NCBI GenBank assembly: GCA_937625935.1
Contig: OW569348.1
Span: 558,001-622,000 of the forward strand
Reading direction: 5' to 3'
Source: Tetramitus jugosus
Lineage: Eukaryota; Protista; Heterolobosea
Length of the DNA stretch: 64,000 nucleotides
Shown here: one piece after another, positions 55,920 to 64,000 of the stretch
Layout: every line of letters begins with the position of its first letter
Numbering within the stretch: the first letter of the stretch is position 1
Translations under genes and position numbers: made by a program
The notes under the pieces: model-generated
Database searches by the model: none
The model's input: only the letters and a program-made list of their open reading frames with translations
What the model was told of the DNA's origin: nothing

Positions 55920-56137
55920 GATCAAAGGATAGTATTTAAAAGTTTTTGTTTTTGATTGATGATGTTGGTGGTGTGTGTTTTCCTGTAGGGACGAATGGTG
56001 ATTTTTTTTGCTTGTGAATAGGAATATTGGGAGGCGCCAAAAATTTCCAGCGTTGTAAAGTTCACTTGATGTTTTGCTTTACTCTGGTCGAATCCCTTCC
56101 GGTCTTGTGAACTGACTCCACAAAAGGAACAATGTTC

Positions 56138-57082
56138 TCAGGATGACGGAATGAGATCTAACCGCACGTGTGAGTAATGTTTTTCATGGTGCTCTGTGAT
56201 CGACAAAACTTTGAAACGAGAGAATGGCGGCAGCAGGATCTCTTTTTCCTCTGAGAATTCCGATATGAAATTGAGTGGAGCTCCCCTCCATCCAGTTGCT
56301 TCCAGAATGGTTTTTCCTTTGGCGAACCTCTCTGCGACAGACAACTCTGTTGAGAAGCTGTTGAATCCCTTCATTGTGATGATTGCTCCTTCGTGAATAT
56401 CTATTGAATGACTTATGCCTTTGAATATTGGAGTTGATTGTTGTTGTGACGCTTTAGTCAACCCAGAGTTCAAATAATGTATTGTGGTTTGCCATATTAC
56501 AAAATCGTCCTTCTTCATTCCCTCGTTGACACTCGTATGAAGGTCTCCATCTTCCATCGTGTATGCCCGAAGCACGATGAGCTCGTTTTGGTTTAGCATT
56601 GGATAATTAGTGTTGTAATGTCCAAGATTCAGATCAACAAACAATGCAGCAGTATTGTACACATTCTCGAAGCCATTTTCGCACATTTCTTGCTTTAATG
56701 TCTTTGGCACTTGAAAGTCAGCGTTGAGACATGCCGGTTGATCAAGACACATGTTCTCTGGTATTGACTCCAGATAGTTTGTGTCAACGTGCTTGGGCTC
56801 GTGGCTCTCTCCTTTGAATATGATGCAATGGTTAGCAAATCTGCTGCCTCGCTGCTCCCCAGATGGAGAGAGATCTGAAGTATCCGTACCCAATGCTCGG
56901 CGATTAGGTGAACATAACGTACAGAGTGGACATGGCTCTAATTGCAGTTTCTTTACGTCCCAAAAGGAATAATCGTTAATTTCTCGTAGAGCGGATGGAA
57001 TTGTGAGTTCATTGTTTCTGAGCTGGGAACAGTCAATGGAAACATGATAATAATTGGACTGAGTGCTTGCATAGAGAGACAT
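56138..57082 (-). CDS. Standalone ARTC-class (R-S-E) mono-ADP-ribosyltransferase-like protein
   Basis: LRAYTMED..VN..LNSGLTK, IFKG (R site occupied by K), GFNSFST and SEFSEEKEILLPPFSRFKV. Confidence 0.8.
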   Translation of the reverse strand: MSLYASTQSNYYHVSIDCSQLRNNELTIPSALREINDYSFWDVKKLQLEPCPLCTLCSPNRRALGTDTSDLSPSGEQRGSRFANHCIIFKGESHEPKHVDTNYLESIPENMCLDQPACLNADFQVPKTLKQEMCENGFENVYNTAALFVDLNLGHYNTNYPMLNQNELIVLRAYTMEDGDLHTSVNEGMKKDDFVIWQTTIHYLNSGLTKASQQQSTPIFKGISHSIDIHEGAIITMKGFNSFSTELSVAERFAKGKTILEATGWRGAPLNFISEFSEEKEILLPPFSRFKVLSITEHHEKHYSHVRLDLIPSS

Positions 57083-57303
57083 TGTTGTGCAGCTTTGACA
57101 CGAATCAGATTATCTGGAAAAGACAGACGACATATTTCTCCGGAATGAATTTTTCCTCCAGTTCACTCAAACCATTGATGCCACGCGTCATCCATTTTTT
57201 CATTGTAACGAGAGTTAGATCAGAATTGCTCCGCTCTTACATTTTCCTCCACACCAGCAAAAAAACTATCATCACAAGAACACATATTTTTCACAGCAAC
57301 ACC

Positions 57304-58094
57304 ATGTCCAACAGAAAGTCCACCACCTCCCCAATCAGAAAAGACGATGACGAATTCCTCAACAGTTTGGTTCAAGAGACCACTGTCGAAACCGTTATAA
57401 ACAACAATCAAAAATTATTCTTCTTCTTTGTTGCTCTGATCAGCACATGGTTGCCATCATACTTGTATCAAGGTGTTAAGGGATTGGAATTCAGTGGAAT
57501 GTCCATTCTTTTGTTCTTGATTGTCTCCAATGCTGCAGCCTACGTGTTGTATTTGGGATACTTGAATATTTTCATTAGAACTAAGCCAACGTATGTGCAG
57601 CACTGCTCTCTGTTTTTTGCACTTGTCATATTTTGTTGTTGTGGTTGTGGTTGTTGGATCCTGCGCCACATGGCAGTGGTTCTCACCCAACTGTTGAACT
57701 TTGTTTTTTGAATCCAATACTGACCAAACAACAATGCTTGATATTCTCTCATTTTGATAATGTGCACAAATTTGCTGATATTCACGCACATACCATTGTT
57801 CATGCACACACATGCACACGCACACACAGTTTGACCAGAAAGTTCGATGTCATTTTGGATCAAGCAGGCGTTGCAAAGAAGAACAATGAAACCAGAGATC
57901 AATTGATCGAGTTGGGTACCACTGGTTTCTCCCTCTTCTTCTCCAACACCTTGTACCTGGGATTGACCTTGTTCTTTGGATTCTATGCTTTCGGAAGAGC
58001 TGATGTCAGAGTGAGCTACACTTTCTCATTGATTGCATCTGCTGCTGCAGTGTACTTCTTGAGCACCACCAAGCCTCGTGTCAAGTCCGAGTAA
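57304..58094 (+). CDS. SSR3: Translocon-associated protein subunit gamma (exons 57304-57590, 57830-58094)
   Basis: Four TM helices, DDEFL N-terminus and FSLFFSNTLYL..FY..SYTFS motif. Intron GTATGT..CAG. Confidence 0.82.
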
Positions 58095-58232
58095 GCTCAT
58101 CAATCCGCTTCCAATCATCGATTGATTTTTGTACCAATTTAACAATAATAACGGTATCACGCACGATATCAATTTGAATACATGCTCAAATGTGAATTAT
58201 TACTATTGTAGTTATTATTGTGATTACTGTGT

Positions 58233-59759
58233 TTATTGTTCGTACAACTCCCGAGAACGCTTGTTCTCTCTGTTTTCGAGCTCTGACTCTGTGTAGTCTC
58301 TCTGCTTGACCAAAGTGATGGCACCGACTCGTGAATCTTGTTCCTCTCCTCCTGCAAATTTGGTTGACTTTGATGTCAGAATGATCTTGGCTCTACCCAG
58401 TGAATTGTATCTTGCTTCCTTTTGATCCTTGTGCATGACCATGAAAAAGTGTTCTTCAGATGATTGTGGATCATCTGGGTTCACACCTCCCATATCCAAC
58501 ACATACTCCTTGATCGTTTCATATCTGCTGACTTGATCTTCATCGTCGTTGCCATTTTCTTCAGAAGCCTGGTCCTGATGACTGAGCTTTCTCTTCTTCT
58601 TTGGCAACAAGTAATGTACAATATTGTTCACATTTCCAGATTCATCCTCCTGGGTTGCAGATATGATCATTGAACTCTTGTATAGTTCCTGACTCAGGGT
58701 ATCACGCAATTTTCGTTGTTCTGCTGGATTCATTCGATCATAACCAGGGTCCTCTTCTAGGAATTTGGACCTTGGAATAGGATCAGAGTCAAAAGTGATA
58801 CGTGCAAAAGTGTTGCCCCACAATTCCTCATCCGGTATCACTGAAACCATCTCAACAGGCTTCAACAGTGGATTGTTGGATGGATGTCTGAGCAATTTCA
58901 AGTCTCTTGCATTGTTTGTCGACTGATACTGAGCAAATTCAGCGTCCAATTGACTCGACAGTTGAAACAGTTTCTCCACGTGTTCCATCTCGGCATCTGG
59001 TCCAAAATCATCCAGTGAGCGATCAGTCGAGTACAATGACGATGCTGATGCTCTTCCAGCGGTTTGAGCAATCCCTCTCTTGCCAAATGATGGTGGTTCC
59101 ATCTCAGAGCTCTTGAGATTACTACCACCAGCACCACTCACTCGTCTATTGTCCATGGACGATGGTTTTTGTTGTCCGAGTGGTTCCATGCCCAACAACA
59201 CACGGTCCTCATCATCCAAATGACCGTTATTATTGTTATTGCTCATATTTTTCATATTCGTTACAGATTGTTTTGCATAAGTGTTTGGATTGATCAAATC
59301 AATGGGAATACCGAGATCAGGCTCAGTCAACAACAAAAATTTGTAATTTTGTTCGAGAGTGGTGGCCTTGTATGGCACAAATCGTTTCAAATCAAACGAA
59401 AAATTTAAAACTTTGGTTTCGATTTTTGGCTCTGGAAGAACACTTTGAAATTTCAAGTGAGGACATTGGAATGCACTCTTTCTCTTTTGTAGTTGAAATG
59501 GTTCAATTTTGGCCAATTGTTCTTTTGAGATGGTGATGGATGTTGATGATGCAGATGATGCTGTTGATTGTGATGAAGGAGCACTGGATGAAGCTCCTCT
59601 CGTTGAACTACTACTGCCAGTAGGACGATTTTTGTTGTGATGGTGATGATGATGGTGAGAAGAGGAAGATGATGATGATGATGGACGGTTATGGGAGCGA
59701 TCACCACCGCTGTGGTGATGATGATGTTGTTGCTGTGAGGAAGCGATCGTGGAACTCAT
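58233..59759 (-). CDS. PAF1: RNA polymerase II-associated factor 1
   Basis: KFQSVLPEP..K..RFVPYKATTLEQNY..LLTEPDLGIPIDLINP, HPS..LKPVE..PD and TFDSDP. First ATG at 59759. Confidence 0.9.
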   Translation of the reverse strand: MSSTIASSQQQHHHHHSGGDRSHNRPSSSSSSSSHHHHHHHNKNRPTGSSSSTRGASSSAPSSQSTASSASSTSITISKEQLAKIEPFQLQKRKSAFQCPHLKFQSVLPEPKIETKVLNFSFDLKRFVPYKATTLEQNYKFLLLTEPDLGIPIDLINPNTYAKQSVTNMKNMSNNNNNGHLDDEDRVLLGMEPLGQQKPSSMDNRRVSGAGGSNLKSSEMEPPSFGKRGIAQTAGRASASSLYSTDRSLDDFGPDAEMEHVEKLFQLSSQLDAEFAQYQSTNNARDLKLLRHPSNNPLLKPVEMVSVIPDEELWGNTFARITFDSDPIPRSKFLEEDPGYDRMNPAEQRKLRDTLSQELYKSSMIISATQEDESGNVNNIVHYLLPKKKRKLSHQDQASEENGNDDEDQVSRYETIKEYVLDMGGVNPDDPQSSEEHFFMVMHKDQKEARYNSLGRAKIILTSKSTKFAGGEEQDSRVGAITLVKQRDYTESELENRENKRSRELYEQ

Positions 59760-59989
59760 CTTGTTTCGTTTGCTGAATTTTTGTGTTTTTCGGCGCACAA
59801 ATTTTCAGTTTGTAAAATACAATATTCGCCGATTCAGAATTCTACGAAAAAACGGTTGGTGTTTTTCTCGATCAAAAACAAAAACTCTTGTTGAAATAGC
59901 TCGATCGGTTTTGATTTTATACTTTGGAAGATTATTGAATGCTCAAATATCATAACAAGAGTTGTACAGTAAAAGAGTGAACAGCAGAC

Positions 59990-61804
59990 ATGGATCAGAT
60001 ATTGAACAACAGACCTCAAAGAACTACTGTTGCTAGTAAAAATAGTAACATGAAATATGGCAGTAGCAGTAACAACGAACAAATAAATGGAAAAGAATCA
60101 AATTTCGCTACAACAACGATTCATAGTCACCACTATGACACGAGAACTGATTCATCTGCACTAAATCCACAGATTAGGAACAAGTGGAGTCATTTATTAA
60201 CGAACCTCAATAACAACACTGTTAATACCCTTGTGGTTAAGAACAATGAGCCATCAAATCAACATAATTCAACCGATGATTTAATATCTTTCAAACAACA
60301 ACCGACAACGAGTGCTTATTTTCAATCATTACAATCCAAAGCTCCAAGTGACAACGGATCGACTTCTCACAATGTACTTTTCCAAGATGAGGACACAACT
60401 GTTGTTGATCCATCCATGAATCACTTCCAAACAAAGTACTTGAAATCACCAACCTCGATCGACGAAAAGTCAAATTCATCGGTAACCAACAGTAATCCGT
60501 CGTCTACCGATATGAACACTGGGCATTCCAATAGTAGTGTTCGTAACTCACTAAGTTCAATCACTTCAAACGACCTTTTGGAAAATGGGCAATTCTATCA
60601 TCACGGTTCAAACAGTGGTACGAACAACAATAGCCCATCTGTGAGTCCGATGGTGTTCAACTCTATGGGTGCAAATGTGTTTCCTAGTGGATTCTATCCA
60701 GTGTTTGTTCCAGCAAATTTTATGGGACCAAACAACCAGCAACCAAACCAAGCATCTACCAGTTCTTTAAACAACGATTGTGCTCAATGTCCTTGTCAAT
60801 TTCAAATTGAATCTCAAAAGGAGGCTATCAGTGAACAGAAAAGAGTAATTCAGGCTCTGGCAGAGAAGATAGACTCTCTCACAAGGGTTACAATGGAGTT
60901 GCATAATGAAATAATATCACTCAAAAGAGATCAGAGCGAACGACAAGATAGATATCATTCTCCAGAAGCCCGTAGAACAACGAATCAAGAAACACAATCC
61001 AATGACAAAATCTCACCAGCACCTAATATTCCTCCAGACGAAGATGAAGTAATAACTCTCCCTTCACATCGATCATTATCCTATTTAGAAGTTAAGGAGG
61101 ATAGAACGAGGAAGACCGAGAATACGAGTCCAATATTCTACTCTAACCCTGCATTAGACTTCGAGGCAGAGTATCAGATTCAATCCAGCTTACCAACAAA
61201 GAACTCGGTAGTAAGTGAAACAGAAGAATATATTAGAGTTTCTCCAGAGCAGATATCTTCTTCTTCAAGCTTCCACGACGATATCCAGGACCCTCTCCCT
61301 GCGAGGAGTGTCTCTATACAAAATCATGTGCTCATAGAAAAGAGGGGAAAGATAGCCACAACAAGGCCCATCTCAAGAGAAAAGAAGAACAACAATATTC
61401 CTCACAAGCATAAGAATCGTTACTCTCATTACTCCAGCTCTGAAGGTTCTTCCTCGAGCGATTCAGAGTCAGATAGCTCCACCACTTCAGACTCGGACTC
61501 TGATCCCTATCCACAAAAAGCTCGAGGGAACCGGATGAAGAAAGGTGGAAAGAGCAATGCTCGAACCTCTACCAATGTGCACAACAGATACACTGATGAT
61601 AGCATACGGTTCCACTATGAATCGAGCGATTTTAGTGAAGTGTACTCTTTGGGAACAAAGGATTACATACGTAATCTCCAGTCAACATCAACTCCACCCA
61701 AAGGAGAGCATGAAGAACTAATGTTTAGTGACATTAGTGGTGACAGCCACCAAGCGCTGTATGACAAACAGAAAACAAAGAGGAGAAATAAATCCAGATC
61801 GTGA
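59990..61804 (+). CDS. Hypothetical S/N-rich disordered protein with a central coiled coil
   Basis: 604-aa ORF with coiled coil QKEAISEQKRVIQALAEKIDSLTRVTMELHNEIISLK. Confidence 0.72.
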   Translation: MDQILNNRPQRTTVASKNSNMKYGSSSNNEQINGKESNFATTTIHSHHYDTRTDSSALNPQIRNKWSHLLTNLNNNTVNTLVVKNNEPSNQHNSTDDLISFKQQPTTSAYFQSLQSKAPSDNGSTSHNVLFQDEDTTVVDPSMNHFQTKYLKSPTSIDEKSNSSVTNSNPSSTDMNTGHSNSSVRNSLSSITSNDLLENGQFYHHGSNSGTNNNSPSVSPMVFNSMGANVFPSGFYPVFVPANFMGPNNQQPNQASTSSLNNDCAQCPCQFQIESQKEAISEQKRVIQALAEKIDSLTRVTMELHNEIISLKRDQSERQDRYHSPEARRTTNQETQSNDKISPAPNIPPDEDEVITLPSHRSLSYLEVKEDRTRKTENTSPIFYSNPALDFEAEYQIQSSLPTKNSVVSETEEYIRVSPEQISSSSSFHDDIQDPLPARSVSIQNHVLIEKRGKIATTRPISREKKNNNIPHKHKNRYSHYSSSEGSSSSDSESDSSTTSDSDSDPYPQKARGNRMKKGGKSNARTSTNVHNRYTDDSIRFHYESSDFSEVYSLGTKDYIRNLQSTSTPPKGEHEELMFSDISGDSHQALYDKQKTKRRNKSRS

Positions 61805-61815
61805 TCGAAAAACAA

Positions 61816-62523
61816 ATGCACACTTCGTCATCCTCATTCCATTCTACTTCTCTCATCACAGCTGCACTCATCAGTTCTTTCTTCTGCTTATTCTTTGTGA
61901 TCCATTTGTCCACAGCAGAACAACCAAAAAAGACCATTGATCACACGCTGGTTCAAACTCTGTCACCCAATGTCATACTGTTTGGTCAGCGGATAGAACC
62001 TCACTCTGGTTTTCGAATCTATGAACTCACTGGATTACAACAGAACCAAAAGTACGAAGTCAAAATATCCTATTCTGCAATTCAACCAGCGTACTTTCAC
62101 ATTGAGACATTGTCCGAACTGCCACCATCTTTGTTATCACATGGTGCTGCACCGCCATCACACAGTCGAAAGTTGTTGAACATTGAAAAGATTGTGTTGA
62201 ATACTAAGGAGAATCCTGATGGCAAAATCTATGTACGTGTGACTGCCGAGCGAGAATCCCATTCATTTGATACTGCCATTGAATCGGAAGACATTGTTTA
62301 TGACATTGTAGTGGAACAATTGTTGTTGGGAGTGTTGCCTCAATCCTCCCTACCCTTACTGTTCATTCTATTGTTTATTGTTGTAGTTGTATTTGTGGTG
62401 ACTGTTGTCGTTGGCAGAAGTGACAAACGAATTGGTAGTGGGCGCTCACTCATGCGACTCTGGTTACGATTCGATGATGATGATGATATCAATGGAGACG
62501 ACAACGGAAGCAAACAATTGTAA
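61816..62523 (+). CDS. Uncharacterised single-pass membrane protein (signal peptide, luminal domain, TM)
   Basis: Signal peptide, then LTGL..YEVKISY..RKLLNIEK..YDIVVEQLLLGV, a pattern I recall from uncharacterised plant/fungal proteins. C-terminal TM. Confidence 0.72.
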   Translation: MHTSSSSFHSTSLITAALISSFFCLFFVIHLSTAEQPKKTIDHTLVQTLSPNVILFGQRIEPHSGFRIYELTGLQQNQKYEVKISYSAIQPAYFHIETLSELPPSLLSHGAAPPSHSRKLLNIEKIVLNTKENPDGKIYVRVTAERESHSFDTAIESEDIVYDIVVEQLLLGVLPQSSLPLLFILLFIVVVVFVVTVVVGRSDKRIGSGRSLMRLWLRFDDDDDINGDDNGSKQL

Positions 62524-62581
62524 TGACCATGAACATAACAACTATAGCAATAATATGAGAGATGTCAGTCAAAAATCGCTT

Positions 62582-63555
62582 CTAGAGTTCAGTTGACTCC
62601 AGGTACTTTACATGATCATAGGTATTTTGACCTCCAAACTCCTTTTGGACTTGCTTTGGATCCACAAACTGAAACAGTTCAGAATAGTCCTTAATGGTCA
62701 CAATCTTTGATTTGGTGACAGGGTCCAAGAATGGAGTCACAGTAGTCAACAGAGCACTGAATGACCAATTAGGTTTGATGACAAAGCATCGCAACATTCT
62801 CTCTGGATACATTTGAATGGTTTCTATAATGTCCTTGAACATGGATAGCTCTAGATTGGAGAAGCCAACATTGGATCCATCACTGTTTCCAGAACAAAAA
62901 AGTAACACAAACACACGAACACACGAACATGTACAAATAAAGAAATGTGTCAACTACTACTATTCACCTATTGAGTTCAACTCATGAATTGATAGTCAAT
63001 CAATTCATGTAGTAAAAATGAATAGTGGATAACATACTAAATAATGACACATTTTCCATCACTGTTATTCTCACTCTTCATCATCAACTTTACACCTTCT
63101 TCAATCGTATAGTAAGCAAATCGTAGACACTCGTCATAATCTCTCTGTGATGGCAAGTGATACTGTGGTTTCATGACACAGACAGGATGACCCTCCTTGT
63201 CTACACCGCACCAATATGCCTTTTGAGTCCTCATCTCTCTCATGACTTGATTCCCCTGAACAGCAAACGGTCTCTTATCCATTCTCCACTTGACCCACTT
63301 GTCAATAGCTTTCAATGTCTTGTCATTGTCCCATTGATTGGCAATTGCAAATCTACGAATAGAGTCTCTCAACTGTTGTTCATCACAAATGACAAGGTCA
63401 TTGGGATCTACTACCAATTGTTGTTGTTGTTGTACTTGTACTTGTGAATTGTTGGTACTGTCAGTGGCAGCAGTAGAAGAAGCATCGATATAGGTGCTCT
63501 TGACAAATTGATAAATTTGGTCAATTAATTGTTGTTGACTACTGGAGAGAGACAT
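62582..63555 (-). CDS. CRAL-TRIO (Sec14-like) lipid-binding protein (exons 63555-63038, 62882-62582)
   Basis: RFAIANQWD..WVKWR, GVDKEGHPV, II|YDGSN, YPERM..PFLDPVTKSKI and KEFGG. Intron GTATGT..CAG. Confidence 0.92.
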
Positions 63556-64000
63556 TTTGATACACGTGATGTAGTTGGTTGTTGTTATTGTTGTTGTTGT
63601 TTTGTTATTCTGTGTTGTTTGTTCGCTCGTCGTGTGAAGTTTGTCCAAGGGATTTTTCCATTTTGCGCGGAAATGGACACCCCGTTCTTGGCCTGGAGTG
63701 GAACAATGGGTTGGAATATCTCCTCTTCATTTACGAATGAACCACCAACCCATGCAGTATGTATGGGTTGCTCTGTTTCTGTGCATATTTTGCATCCAGA
63801 TGTGATAGGTTGTCATGCACATAAAGATTGTCAACAAATATCTTCAAACAAAGAATAACAAAAAAACTGATCACCACCGAAAAACAAAAGCAGATAAAAA
63901 AATGACCAAAGTTCACCAAAGTCGACTCGCACTCGTGAACGACGTGTATCCAAAAGTACAATCATCACACAAGAGTGGTTCCAACACAACGACTCTTCTC

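Noticed and set aside
63746-63823. Two hairpins upstream of the Sec14-like gene as an H/ACA RNA
   Set aside because: No clear ANANNA hinge between the stems; cannot be supported without a covariance search.

Overview
This is gene-dense eukaryotic nuclear DNA read with the standard genetic code. It has few, short GT-AG introns clustered near gene 5' ends and many CAA/CAT/AAC-type low-complexity tracts. The overall style and gene families (NHL-EGF receptor kinase, RGS fusion, 7TM-like protein) suggest a free-living protist, plausibly a heterolobosean relative of Naegleria; this is inference only. I can support about 30 protein-coding genes, 13 of them reconstructed across introns by hand. They include a Rac-like GTPase, gamma-COP, DTWD1, a Furry-like scaffold, an Sds3-like protein, DEPDC5, LAMTOR4, cathepsin C, INO80, ZIP4/TEX11, CCT5, SSR3, PAF1 and a Sec14-like protein. 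There are two tRNA genes, Ser-UGA and Pro-UGG. The two strongest novel signals are: (1) a ~470-bp 5'-truncated poly(A)-tailed retro-insertion with a 16-bp target-site duplication, sitting head-to-head 43-58 bp upstream of tRNA-Pro, the geometry of Dictyostelium TRE5 tRNA-targeting retrotransposons; (2) a Hedgehog-type Hint+SRR autoprocessing protein whose only N-terminal cargo is an 11-residue MGxxxS peptide, a candidate doubly lipidated micropeptide. Also notable are a CxxC-redoxin/RGS fusion, a membrane-anchored NlpC/P60 lacking its catalytic Cys, a C2-permuted-papain protein, a standalone ADP-ribosyltransferase and a non-RD NHL-EGF receptor kinase. All family calls come from motif recognition by eye; no database search was run.
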